From the NCBI GenBank assembly GCA_965262715.1, contig OZ253553.1, positions 2,528,001-2,592,000 on the forward strand: 64,000 nucleotides of DNA. The letters are read 5' to 3'. The translations under genes were made by a program, and so were the position numbers. Below, piece after piece: positions 29,895 through 39,582 of the stretch (the first letter of the stretch is position 1; every line of letters starts with the position of its first letter). The notes beneath the pieces were generated by a model. That model did no database searches. It was not told the DNA's origin and was given only the letters and a program-made list of their open reading frames with translations. Origin of the DNA: Bdellovibrionales bacterium. Its GTDB lineage: Bacteria > Bdellovibrionota > Bdellovibrionia > Bdellovibrionales > JAUICD01.

Positions 29895-31874
29895 ATGATA
29901 AAAATATGTCTTCTCGATCAATCTTTTAAAGAGTTTACATCAAAACCTACCATTTTAGAGGTTGCCAAATCCATAAGCCCTCGTCTTATGAAGGACACAT
30001 TAGGGGGTATTGTCAATAAAGAGCGTCTATGCGACCTACGTGACTATTTATCTGATGGTGATGAACTTGAAATCTTAACTTATAAAAATACAAAGTCTTC
30101 TGCAGTTTATTTGCATTCAGCAGCCCACATCTTAGCACAAGCTGTTCAAGAGCTCTTTTCTGAGACACAAATCACTATTGGTCCTGTCATTAAAGACGGA
30201 TTTTACTATGACTTTTATACCAAAACGCCTTTCACTCCAGATGATCTCATAAAAATTGAAGATCGTATGCAGAAAATTATTTCAGAGAATATATCCATAA
30301 CCAAAAAAACAGTATCTGTAAAAGAAGCTATAGATCTTTTTACAGGTATGGGAGAAGATTTTAAAGTAGAAATTATTAAAGACTTAGAAAAACAAGAAGG
30401 ACTTAAAAAAGTAAGCATTTACCATCAAGGAGATTGGCTTGACCTTTGTCGTGGACCTCACATACAAAGCACAGGTCAATTGAAAGCCTTTAAGTTATTA
30501 TCTGTAGCTGCGGCCTATTTTCGAGGGGATGAAACAAGACAACAACTGCAGCGTATTTATGGGACAGCTTGGCCTGATAAAAAACAACTTGATGCATATC
30601 TTCAAAAGAGAGAAGAGGCAAAGCAGAGAGATCACAGGCAAATTGGTAAGCAACAAGGTCTCTTCTATTTTCATCCTTCTGCCCCTGGAAGTCCTTTCTT
30701 CACATCTAAAGGATGTATCATTTATAGACAATTAATAAAATATCTTCAAGAGCTTTATAGAAAATATGGTTACCAAGAAGTTATCACTCCAGAGATTTTT
30801 AATACACAAATCTATGAAACATCAGGCCATTATGAACATTTTTTAGATAATATGTTTTTTGTAGACCGCTTAAAAAAAGGAGTGCTAGATAAAAATTACG
30901 CTATTAAACCTATGAATTGTCCTGGACATTGTCTTTTATTTAAAATGGAAAACCATTCTTATAAAGATTTACCATTAAGAATAGCAGACTTTGGCAGATT
31001 ACATCGATGGGAACGTAGTGGTGTTCTTCATGGTCTTTTGCGAGTTAGAAGTATGTGCCAAGATGATGCTCATATTTTTTGCACCCCAGATCAAATACGT
31101 TCTGAAGTGAAATCATTTATAAAATTTTTAGATGAAGTCTATACAGTTTTAGGATTAGAAAAGAAGGTCATAAAAATTGCAACTCGACCCAAACAACGTG
31201 TAGGATCAGATGATTTGTGGGATAGAAGCGAAAGAGATCTTAAACAGGCTTTAGAAGAGCTAAATCTTGATTATCATTTAGCTATAGGAGAGGGGGCATT
31301 TTACGGTCCTAAAATTGAGCTGCATGTCATTGATGCAATTGAAAGATCTTGGCAGTTAGGAACAATTCAATTAGATTATTCTATGCCAGATCGTTTTCAA
31401 TTAAAGTATGTAGGACATGATAATGAGGAGCATACACCTGTGATGTTGCATAGGGCTATCTTAGGTACTCTAGAGAGGTTTATTGGAGTTTACTTAGAAC
31501 ACACAAAAGGCAGGCTTCCAACATGGCTTTCTCCTTGTCAAGTGCGTATTCTAAATATAACTATTAACCAAGATGCCTACTGTCAAAAACTAAAAAATGA
31601 ATTAAAAGAATCTATAAAAGAGATTAGAGTTGAGTATGATGACAGAAATGAAAAATTGGGGTATAAAATTAGAAGTGCTCAGATGGATAAAGTACCTTAC
31701 ATTGTTATTGTAGGACAAAAAGAGGCAGCAGAAAATCAAGTTTCAATACGTTCCCATGGAGGTGTTCAAAAAAATGCTATTAGTAAAAAAGAGTTTTTCA
31801 ATATGATAATAAGTGACATTGAAAATAAATCATTTGTCCCTCTTTTTTTAAAAAAGCAAAATGAAATAATTTAA
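29895..31874 (+). CDS. thrS: Threonine--tRNA ligase
   Basis: HSAAHILAQA, DLCRGPH, RIYGTA, RDHR, KPMNCPGH, GAFYGPK, HRAILG. Confidence 0.98.
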   Translation: MIKICLLDQSFKEFTSKPTILEVAKSISPRLMKDTLGGIVNKERLCDLRDYLSDGDELEILTYKNTKSSAVYLHSAAHILAQAVQELFSETQITIGPVIKDGFYYDFYTKTPFTPDDLIKIEDRMQKIISENISITKKTVSVKEAIDLFTGMGEDFKVEIIKDLEKQEGLKKVSIYHQGDWLDLCRGPHIQSTGQLKAFKLLSVAAAYFRGDETRQQLQRIYGTAWPDKKQLDAYLQKREEAKQRDHRQIGKQQGLFYFHPSAPGSPFFTSKGCIIYRQLIKYLQELYRKYGYQEVITPEIFNTQIYETSGHYEHFLDNMFFVDRLKKGVLDKNYAIKPMNCPGHCLLFKMENHSYKDLPLRIADFGRLHRWERSGVLHGLLRVRSMCQDDAHIFCTPDQIRSEVKSFIKFLDEVYTVLGLEKKVIKIATRPKQRVGSDDLWDRSERDLKQALEELNLDYHLAIGEGAFYGPKIELHVIDAIERSWQLGTIQLDYSMPDRFQLKYVGHDNEEHTPVMLHRAILGTLERFIGVYLEHTKGRLPTWLSPCQVRILNITINQDAYCQKLKNELKESIKEIRVEYDDRNEKLGYKIRSAQMDKVPYIVIVGQKEAAENQVSIRSHGGVQKNAISKKEFFNMIISDIENKSFVPLFLKKQNEII

Positions 31875-31925
31875 ATAGAATAAAGTGTTAAATTAGACTT
31901 TAAACTTTGATAAAGGGAGGTGCTT

Positions 31926-32594
31926 ATCAGACAAAGAAAAGACAACAAAGCTACAAAAGATCGGTTTCGTATCAATAAAGAAATCAAATTAGGGCAAGTT
32001 AGAGTTGTAGATTCTGAAGGAAAAATACTAGGTATTATGGAATCTTCAGAAGCTTTAAGAATAGCTCAAGATAAAGGATTAGATCTGATAGAAATTGCAC
32101 CTACTGCCAACCCTCCAACTTGTAAGATTATGGATTATGGGAAATACAAATATGAACAGAAAAAGAAAGCGCAAGAATCTAAGAAAAAGCAAACTATTAT
32201 TTCTATCAAGGAAATTCAAATCCGCCCAAGAACAGATTCACATGACTTAAATATCAAGTTAAATCATGCTAGACGATTTTTAGAAAGCGGAGATAAAACA
32301 AAAATTACAATGCGATTTAGAGGCCGGGAGATGGCTCATCAGGATATAGGACGTGAGCAAATTAAAAAAGTGATTCGAGCTTTAGAGGACGTGAGTGTCG
32401 TGGAATTTTTACCTAAAATGGAAGGCCGTCAAATGTTTGTTATGCTCAATCCCACCCCTACCATATTAAAAAAGATTGCTCAGAAGAAAAAAGAAAGTAT
32501 TACAAAAAAGCCTTCTGCTCCACCTGTAAATCAAAAAAAACAAAATGGTTTACCAACTCAAGACATACAATCACATAAAAAGGCTAGTGGATAA
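31926..32594 (+). CDS. infC: Translation initiation factor IF-3 (probable non-canonical ATC start)
   Basis: RINKEI, GLDLIEIAP..PPTCKIMDYGKYKYE, RFRGREM. GGAGG at 31916-31920 lies 5 nt before in-frame ATC 31926. Confidence 0.95.
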   Translation: MRQRKDNKATKDRFRINKEIKLGQVRVVDSEGKILGIMESSEALRIAQDKGLDLIEIAPTANPPTCKIMDYGKYKYEQKKKAQESKKKQTIISIKEIQIRPRTDSHDLNIKLNHARRFLESGDKTKITMRFRGREMAHQDIGREQIKKVIRALEDVSVVEFLPKMEGRQMFVMLNPTPTILKKIAQKKKESITKKPSAPPVNQKKQNGLPTQDIQSHKKASG

Positions 32595-32604
32595 CTATAA
32601 TTTA

Positions 32605-33250
32605 GGTTCATGACACCTTAAAGTGTTAATGTTTTCAATTGGAAATGTCTTTAACTTATAATTAATTCAATCTTTTTATCCGGGATTCTGGCAAACCGGC
32701 AATCGGGCAGCAGTATCAGGGATCTACTTTAAATTTTTGCACCTTAAAAATTTTCTCCCAAGCCCTGACGGGTTTTAATAAAGGAAAAAATTTTTATGAC
32801 GATGCAAAAATTTAAAACTTATCAGTTAGCTATTAATTTTTATCGTAACTCTAGAAAATTAAAGTTAAGGGAACCTCTTAAAAACCAGTTCCATAGGGCT
32901 TCTCTAAGTATTGTGTTAAATTTAGCCGAAGGCAGCGCAAAACCAACAGCTAAAGAACGTAGGAAATTCTACAGAATTAGTCTTGGATCACTCAGAGAAG
33001 TTCAAACAATATTAGATATTATTTGTCATCAGAGTTTCATAAAAGAAGCTGACAAACTTGGAGCTTATTTATATAAGCTATGTCAAAACACCTGATTCTT
33101 ATAATTAAGGACTGTTAAATCAACTGAGAAAATATTGTATAAATGTTCTAAATTTGTTCTCAGAAATGCGGGAACGAACAAAATACTTATTTTTCATAAT
33201 TATAACAATAAGTTAACACCTGTGAAAGTCACCTTAAGGTGTCATGAACT
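32605..33250 (+). mobile_element. Non-autonomous TIR-bounded cassette carrying a four-helix-bundle gene
   Basis: TIR GGTTCATGACACCTTAAAGTG / CACCTTAAGGTGTCATGAACT (19 of 21 match); direct repeat ATAATTTA at 32597-32604 and 33251-33258; no transposase inside. Confidence 0.8.
32796..33095 (+). CDS. Four-helix-bundle protein (23S rRNA IVP / Avd-like superfamily)
   Basis: FKTYQLA, LKNQFHRASLSIVLNLAEGS, FYRISLGSLREVQTIL match the family signature. Confidence 0.9.
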   Translation: MTMQKFKTYQLAINFYRNSRKLKLREPLKNQFHRASLSIVLNLAEGSAKPTAKERRKFYRISLGSLREVQTILDIICHQSFIKEADKLGAYLYKLCQNT

Positions 33251-33326
33251 ATAATTTAAGATAACTAACAACTCTCTTTTGGAACAGTTGACATAAGTTA
33301 AAGCTTTAGTTTAGGTTTAGTTCTAT

Positions 33327-34100
33327 ATGAAAAACACAGATCATAAAGTTAATTCTTCTAAATCTATGCTAAAGAAATTCAACGGCATAGGTTCTATATT
33401 GATAGCTATCATAGCTGCATTTACTCTGAGGTGGCTATTAATAGAGGCCTATGTAATCCCATCAGGTAGCATGCTACCCTCGCTTTTAATTCATGACCAT
33501 ATTTTTGTTAATAAAATAGCTTATGGAGTGAGAGTCCCATGGAGTAAAACTTGGCTTTTATATCTTTCTAAGCCTCAGAGGAGCGATGTTGTTGTGTTTC
33601 GTTTTCCTAATCCCGGTAGAAACCCTCGATACGAAGGTCAGTTTTTCATCAAACGCATTGTAGGACTTCCTGGAGATGAGGTTTTATACAAAGAAAGCCA
33701 TCTCTACATCAATGGAAATCAAATTAAAAGAAAAGACCCAATAACTTCTGAGGATTTTGATTGGATAAAAGATACAGATCTACATGGAAGAATGAGGTCT
33801 GATTATGACTTTTTTGATGAACAGCTTATATCTCAAAAAACACATCCTATTCTCTTAAGTAAACAACGCTTTAGAAGTGATTGGGGACCTCAGATCATTC
33901 CAGAAGGTCATTTCTTCGTTATGGGGGATAATAGAGACAATTCCAACGATGGCCGTCATTGGGGATTTGTCCCATTTGAAAACTTTATGGGAAAAGCTAT
34001 GTTTGTCTGGCTCAGCTGTGAAGAAACTTTACCCTTCCTCAATTTCCTTTGTCACCCTACTACAGTCCGCTGGTCTCGCTTTTTTCATTGGATTGACTAG
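33327..34100 (+). CDS. lepB: Signal peptidase I
   Basis: EAYVIPSGSMLPSL, FIKRIVGLPGD, MGDNRDNSNDGRHWG. Confidence 0.96.
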   Translation: MKNTDHKVNSSKSMLKKFNGIGSILIAIIAAFTLRWLLIEAYVIPSGSMLPSLLIHDHIFVNKIAYGVRVPWSKTWLLYLSKPQRSDVVVFRFPNPGRNPRYEGQFFIKRIVGLPGDEVLYKESHLYINGNQIKRKDPITSEDFDWIKDTDLHGRMRSDYDFFDEQLISQKTHPILLSKQRFRSDWGPQIIPEGHFFVMGDNRDNSNDGRHWGFVPFENFMGKAMFVWLSCEETLPFLNFLCHPTTVRWSRFFHWID

Positions 34101-34258
34101 TTCACTAAAAATGAACTGGCCTCTCGAGGCGAGCCTCTGGCCATTTTCTGGCGATGACCACGACGGTTTGCACCGTCGATAAAATGGTCATCGCCTAGAA
34201 AACCTGTTCATTTTTAGTAAGGAGACTCTCCTCATTCTTTTACATCATGTTAAGGAAA
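34100..34258 (+). repeat. Structured palindromic repeat family, copy C
   Basis: ACTAAAAATGAAC/GTTCATTTTTAGT, GGCGATGACCA/TGGTCATCGCC and CGACGGT/ACCGTCG stems. Confidence 0.88.
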
Positions 34259-34269
34259 CTGTTTTGCTA

Positions 34270-34443
34270 ATTCACTAAAAGTGAACTGGCCTCTTGAGGC
34301 AAGCCTTTCGAGGCGAGCCTCTGGCTGTTTTTTGGCAATGACCACGACGGTTTGCACCATCGATAAAATGGTCATCGCCTAGAAAACCTGTTCATTTTTA
34401 GGAGGGAGACTCTCTTCGTTCTTTTATATTATGTTAAGGAAAA
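34270..34443 (+). repeat. Structured palindromic repeat family, copy D (tandem with C)
   Basis: Near-duplicate of copy C with one additional 14-bp unit. Confidence 0.88.
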
Positions 34444-34526
34444 TTCAAAACAGATTCTTTTACCGAGGCTGTTTGCTAGTTATCTGATTTGCCTGATTGC
34501 TAAATCCCAGAATAAAAAAGGCCGCT

Positions 34527-34672
34527 TAACTAGGAGCTGTTTACCTGTAATAAGTTCTTGAAATTAAAAGCGTACAGCAGACTTCTAACTCTGACTATTA
34601 AATTTCATGTCTATTTTATTCAGCACTAAACTATCTAAAATGAAACCTCGAAAGGTAAACAGTTCCTAGTTA
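34527..34672. mobile_element. MITE of the 18092-18378 family (shorter, opposite orientation)
   Basis: TIR TAACTAGGAGCTGTTTACCT / AGGTAAACAGTTCCTAGTTA; internal similarity to 18098-18190; overlaps the stop codon of the SpoIID-domain gene. Confidence 0.78.
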
Positions 34673-37600
34673 TAAATCTGACTGAATATTGCTATAATGA
34701 GATAAAGAAACACCATGATAGAAATACAATAGAATATCTCGATAGCTCCATGGTTCATCAAAGTTTTCAGGAACTACTGCATTTTCTGTAGGTAAATTAT
34801 CAGCATGACTTTTCCATCCTTCTTTGGTAAGCTCCATCATCACTATTTGAGGCAAGCCTCTCCCATGTCCACGATACTGACTTATATGATCATAATCTTC
34901 ACAAAGAAGATAACTAGGAATATTTCTTGATTTAGCCACAGGATTAGTAACATCATCATTAGTTGCCAATTCTGTACAGGAAAAATACTCTGTAAGTGCT
35001 ACTCTACCTCTATAAGATAAAACAATGCCCCTTGTTTCTTGAATAGCTCTGTCACTACGCAAACGTTCTTCTTCAACTCCTAAATAGAGTTGAAATTGAG
35101 TTGTAGGACTAACATCCCACGCGCGAGAATGAACAGTTCTTGCCATGACTACATGATATAAAGCAAAGCTACGAGCTGCAATAGCTTGAGCCTTTAAAGC
35201 ATCCATATCAGAATTCACCGGAAGTTCAGAAGGAACAACAGATCTAATATATTCTTCTATATGTAAATCATTGATAAGACTCCATTCAAGAAGTTCTGAA
35301 TTTTTACTTTGCTCAGCAAGTTGAATACGAAAAGAACCCTGAAAAGATCTCATAGTAGACCCCCAATTTACTTCAGTGACCTCATCCGACTGACTAGGAA
35401 TAATCTTTATATAATGAGTAGATCCGTTATAATCAATCAGTTGATCAAGAGAATACTCATCCCAATACTCTCCTGAGTAGAACCTGATGATATTGTTCTT
35501 ACAGTCGGGTTGATCAGGACAGTCCATTATCAATTGTATTTCTTGTACATGTTCAGCTAAGACTTCATAATTGATTAAGTGTACATCTGAATGAATTTCT
35601 AATCTCATATCTTGGCCTGCAAGAGATAATTGCATGTTATTTCTGCGTGTTCTACGATAGGCATTGTCTCCGCTATGAATAGGAAACAACTTAACACCTA
35701 AAAACTGATATTCTTCCATTTCTAGATTTTCAGTAGCGATCAAGGAATTTTCTAGACCTCTTGCTCTTTCTCTTAACTGAGCCCATTGATTTTCTATTTC
35801 TTCTTTTTTTTGCTCATCACTTCTCTCCGTTTCTATTACTAAGTCTTGTAGACCTTCAGGTAACCTGAATATCTCATGATAAGATATTATATCTTGACCT
35901 CTATATTTGAGCCCCCTCCTCCCTTCATAAGTTAAACGAACCCAATTATTAACATTTTCTTCTGTCTCCCGATTTTCAATCCTTAACACAACCTCTCTTA
36001 GATCAACAGGTATAAGGGATAAACCATACTTATCTATAATACCTTGTTTTTGAATTCGCAGTTGATTTCTATCAATAAAAGATAAGTCAACCCAGTTTTC
36101 AACGTCAGCTCTAATATGATCACTCATTTTAGGTACTGCTATATTTGTGTGATAAGTTGTCTTTAAAGCTACATTTTCCGTATAATCAGCCAGATTATAT
36201 CTTTCTTCTTCTTTTTCTTTTTTTAGATAGCTTTTCCATGCTGACTCTACATCTTCAGAGAAATTGATGACACTTCTTTTTGCTATAGATATTTTATTGA
36301 GAATCCAGTTGTTAGAAGAACCTGATACTTCATCGTTATCATTTGACATTGCATCTTGAATTTCCAACTCTTCTTCAGATTTTTCTTGTTTTTTATTTTC
36401 TTCAACTAAGATGGCTTCATCCTGAAAGTCTGATGAGATTTCTATCAAATCATCTCTTTCAGATATTTCATCTTCTATCCTTTCTTTTATGTATGTGTCC
36501 AACTTATGGTATAAACCTTCCCCAAATTCATATACATGCTGTCCTGTTGTTGTTATTTTATCCAAAATCCCTCTTAATTTAGGTGTAATTTTCTCAAGTC
36601 GCACTTGATCTGAAATCTGCTCAAAAAAAGCAGTCGCTACATCAAATGCCTTATCCCACCTTGAAATATCTAAATCATCTTCCAGATTAATTGGACCAGT
36701 TTGAATTTCTACAGGAGGAATTGTAACAACTTCTAGCACTGGTGCAGGTACATCTGGAACAACAACTACTGGCTCTGGCGTAGGAGTCACTTCCGGAACA
36801 ACTACCTCTAGCTCTGGCGTAGGAGTCACTTCCGGAACAACTACCTCTAGCTCTGGCGTAGGAGTCACTTCCGGAACAACTACCTCTAGCTCTGGCGTAG
36901 GAGTCACTTCCGGAACAACTACCTCTAGCTCTGGCGTAGGAGTCACTTCCGGAACAACTACCTCTAGTTCTGGCGTAGGAGTCACTTCCGGAACAACTAC
37001 CTCTAGCTCTGGCGTAGGAGTCACTTCCGGAACAACTACCTCTAGCTCTGGCGTAGGAGTTACTTCCGGAACAACTACCTCTAACTCTGGTGTAGGAGTC
37101 ACTTCCGGAGCAACTACCTCTAGCTCTGGCGTAGGAGTCACTTCCGGAACAACTACCTCTAGCTCTGGCGTAGGAGTTACTTCCGGAACAACTACCTCTA
37201 ACTCTGGTGTAGGAGTCACTTCCGGAGCAACTACCTCTAGCTCTGGCGTAGGAGTCACTTCCGGAACAACTACCTCTAGCTCTGGCGTAGGAGTTACTTC
37301 CGGAACAACTACCTCTAACTCTGGTGTAGGAGTCACTTCCGGAGCAACTACCTCTAACTCTGGTGTAGGAGTCACTTCCGGAACAACAACCTCTAACTCT
37401 GGTGTAGGAGTTACTTCCGGAACAACTACCTCTAGCTCTGGTGTAGGAGTTACTTCCGGAACAACTACTGGCTCTGGTGTAGGTACATCTGGAACAATAA
37501 CTACTGGCTTTGGTGCAGGTACATCTGGAACAACAACTACTGGCTTTGGTGCAGGTACATCTGGAACAACAACTACTGGCTTTGGTGCAGGTACATCTGG

Positions 37601-38089
37601 AACAACAACTACTGGCTTTGGTGCAGGTACATCTGGAACAATAACTACTGGCTCTGGTGCAGGTACATCTGGAACAACAACTACTGGCTCTGGTGTAGGT
37701 ACATCTGGAACAACAACTACTGGCTCTGGTGCAGGTACATCTGGAACAATAACTACTGGCTCTGGTGCAGGTACATCTGGAACAATAACTACTGGCTTTG
37801 GTGCAGGTACATCTGGAACAACAACTACTGGCTCTGGTGTAGGTACATCTGGAACAACAACTACTGGCTCTGGTGCAGGTACATCTGGAACAATAACTAC
37901 TGGCTCTGGCGTAGGAGTCACTTCCGGAACAACTACCTCTAACTCTGGTGTAGGAGTCACTTCTTCAACATCCTTAATGGTTTCATTATTTTTTTCATCT
38001 TGAGGTTCAGGAGAAGAACAGCCCATTACAACGAATAAACAAATCATCCAAGTAAATGTTTTTAAATAACTTGATAATAAGTAATTCAT
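34670..38089 (-). CDS. SpoIID/LytB-domain lipoprotein with a long Pro/Val/Glu-rich tandem-repeat stalk
   Basis: Lipobox VMGC after ATG 38089; SpoIID motifs INDLHIEEYIRSVVPSE, ALKAQAIAARSFA, QLYLG, GHGRGLPQ, YRDILLYFY. Confidence 0.88.
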   Translation of the reverse strand: MNYLLSSYLKTFTWMICLFVVMGCSSPEPQDEKNNETIKDVEEVTPTPELEVVVPEVTPTPEPVVIVPDVPAPEPVVVVPDVPTPEPVVVVPDVPAPKPVVIVPDVPAPEPVVIVPDVPAPEPVVVVPDVPTPEPVVVVPDVPAPEPVVIVPDVPAPKPVVVVPDVPAPKPVVVVPDVPAPKPVVVVPDVPAPKPVVIVPDVPTPEPVVVPEVTPTPELEVVVPEVTPTPELEVVVPEVTPTPELEVVAPEVTPTPELEVVVPEVTPTPELEVVVPEVTPTPELEVVAPEVTPTPELEVVVPEVTPTPELEVVVPEVTPTPELEVVAPEVTPTPELEVVVPEVTPTPELEVVVPEVTPTPELEVVVPEVTPTPELEVVVPEVTPTPELEVVVPEVTPTPELEVVVPEVTPTPELEVVVPEVTPTPELEVVVPEVTPTPEPVVVVPDVPAPVLEVVTIPPVEIQTGPINLEDDLDISRWDKAFDVATAFFEQISDQVRLEKITPKLRGILDKITTTGQHVYEFGEGLYHKLDTYIKERIEDEISERDDLIEISSDFQDEAILVEENKKQEKSEEELEIQDAMSNDNDEVSGSSNNWILNKISIAKRSVINFSEDVESAWKSYLKKEKEEERYNLADYTENVALKTTYHTNIAVPKMSDHIRADVENWVDLSFIDRNQLRIQKQGIIDKYGLSLIPVDLREVVLRIENRETEENVNNWVRLTYEGRRGLKYRGQDIISYHEIFRLPEGLQDLVIETERSDEQKKEEIENQWAQLRERARGLENSLIATENLEMEEYQFLGVKLFPIHSGDNAYRRTRRNNMQLSLAGQDMRLEIHSDVHLINYEVLAEHVQEIQLIMDCPDQPDCKNNIIRFYSGEYWDEYSLDQLIDYNGSTHYIKIIPSQSDEVTEVNWGSTMRSFQGSFRIQLAEQSKNSELLEWSLINDLHIEEYIRSVVPSELPVNSDMDALKAQAIAARSFALYHVVMARTVHSRAWDVSPTTQFQLYLGVEEERLRSDRAIQETRGIVLSYRGRVALTEYFSCTELATNDDVTNPVAKSRNIPSYLLCEDYDHISQYRGHGRGLPQIVMMELTKEGWKSHADNLPTENAVVPENFDEPWSYRDILLYFYHGVSLSHYSNIQSDL
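36735..37965 (-). repeat. Intragenic VNTR: 39-bp units (VVPEVTPTPELEV) and 36-bp units (VVPDVPAPEPVV)
   Basis: Directly visible near-identical tandem units. Confidence 0.95.
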
Positions 38090-38563
38090 ATAGAGACCGA
38101 GACTATAGGTGATATACTGAAGCAATTCTAAGTTCCTTATCTTTGGTTTACAAAACAAAAAAGTTTTAATATGAGCTTTATTAAAAATATTCATTATCAA
38201 AAAGCCTAAGTTAAAGTAAAAACATAAAGTTTTATGTACAACTGCAAGTATTTTAAAAATACCTTGAAATCATTTAATTAGAGAAGATGAAGAGTGAATC
38301 AAATGTGAAACTTTATTTTAAAAACATTTTCTATAGGTGTAAACACGACGATTGAAAAGAAATCATATTTAGATAAAATAATGGACTGAAGTCTTTAAAA
38401 GGTATTGGACAAATTCTTATATTAAAACACAACCTAAGGTTTCTAGAAGCCATCTCAAAAATAAATATTTGCATTTTACGACATCTCTATTCCGGGGTCT
38501 GGCAATCAGGCAGTCTGGGATCAGTATCAGGTAACAGGGATCTGCTTTAAATAAGTTTAATTG

Positions 38564-38810
38564 ATTTCCCTAACATAGTATAAAAAAACGAAGAGTGTCT
38601 ATTTACTCAAAATGAACATGTTTTCTAGACAATAAGCCATTTGCCGATAGCGAAAGGCTGTCAGGCTTATTGCCAGAAAACTGCCAGAGGCTTGCCTTGA
38701 GAGGCTCACCTCGAGAGGCTCACCTCGAGAGGCTCACCTCGAGAGGCTCACCTCGAGAGGCTCACCTCGAGAGGCTCACCTCGAGAGGGTAGTTCATTTT
38801 GGGTGAAACA
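38564..38810 (-). repeat. Structured palindromic repeat family, copy E, with about seven tandem 14-bp units
   Basis: Reverse complement has the same architecture; (GAGGCTCACCTCGA)n at about 38687-38788; GGCAATAAGCC/GGCTTATTGTC stem. Confidence 0.88.
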
Positions 38811-38906
38811 GCTCAAGCTATATTGAATATGATAGGCCATGTTGACTTAGCAAAACAAGCAGATCAACTAGGAGCTTATTTATATAAGCTATGTCAAAAT
38901 ACTTAA
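38811..38906 (+). pseudogene. 3' fragment of a four-helix-bundle gene
   Basis: Translates to AQAILNMIGHVDLAKQADQLGAYLYKLCQNT*, compared with VQTILDIICHQSFIKEADKLGAYLYKLCQNT* in the intact gene. Confidence 0.85.
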
Positions 38907-38961
38907 GTCTTATTTGAGGTTTACTTTATTTGTAGGACAAACAAGATTTTTCAAATATTTT

Positions 38962-39582
38962 CTAAGAATCTGTAAATGAAACTTTAGGAAGAATAAAGAG
39001 TTGAGGATCAGAAGGTAGGTATGGCTTAAATTCTTGAATGTAAATAGTGACTTCAAATATCTCCGATGAAATCTTCAACGTTTTTTTATGTCCCCTGCGT
39101 TTTGTCCATATAACAGTGAAAGAATCTATCTTGCATTTATCAACATGTCCTGCCTGATTAAAACCACATATCCAGTTTGATCGAGGCTGCTCAAATACAA
39201 TTGGAATAATCCATAAAGGATTTATTGTTAAAGGGATGACATTTTCAAAAATTTGAGTGTTAGGCGCGCTTTGGCGATAGATTTTCTTCGAAGGAACAAG
39301 TAGAGTAACTTGATTTTCTTTTAAGGTTAGGCTGGCTATATGAAAGCCAATGGATGTTGTGATCTCTAACCTTAATAAAGAAGGCTTCTTAGCAAAAACA
39401 TCTAAGTTAAAGGTAAAAGATTTTTGTTCTTTTATATTGGTGAGCCGCATTCTACCTGAAAATGTACCTTCTTCATATGAATTAATGAAAGGAGTTGTTG
39501 TAACACAAGCAGAAAATATAACTAAATAACTAAGGAGTAGAAGAACATTTATGAGACGCAGGAGTTCTCTCTTCCACAACAT
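38962..39582 (-). CDS. Putative lipoprotein, LolB/DUF4292-like
   Basis: Lipobox FSAC after ATG 39582; beta-rich sequence; downstream of a TPR lipoprotein gene. Confidence 0.6.
   Translation of the reverse strand: MLWKRELLRLINVLLLLSYLVIFSACVTTTPFINSYEEGTFSGRMRLTNIKEQKSFTFNLDVFAKKPSLLRLEITTSIGFHIASLTLKENQVTLLVPSKKIYRQSAPNTQIFENVIPLTINPLWIIPIVFEQPRSNWICGFNQAGHVDKCKIDSFTVIWTKRRGHKKTLKISSEIFEVTIYIQEFKPYLPSDPQLFILPKVSFTDS

Noticed and set aside
3..33095. Diversity-generating retroelement (Avd-like gene plus near-identical gene tails)
   Set aside because: No reverse transcriptase in the window, and paralog differences are not confined to adenines in one copy
33877..34182. 101-aa ORF overlapping lepB
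   Set aside because: Off-frame within lepB and running into repeat copy C
36735..37965. 36-39-bp repeats as a CRISPR array
   Set aside because: Contiguous in-frame coding repeats with no unique spacers
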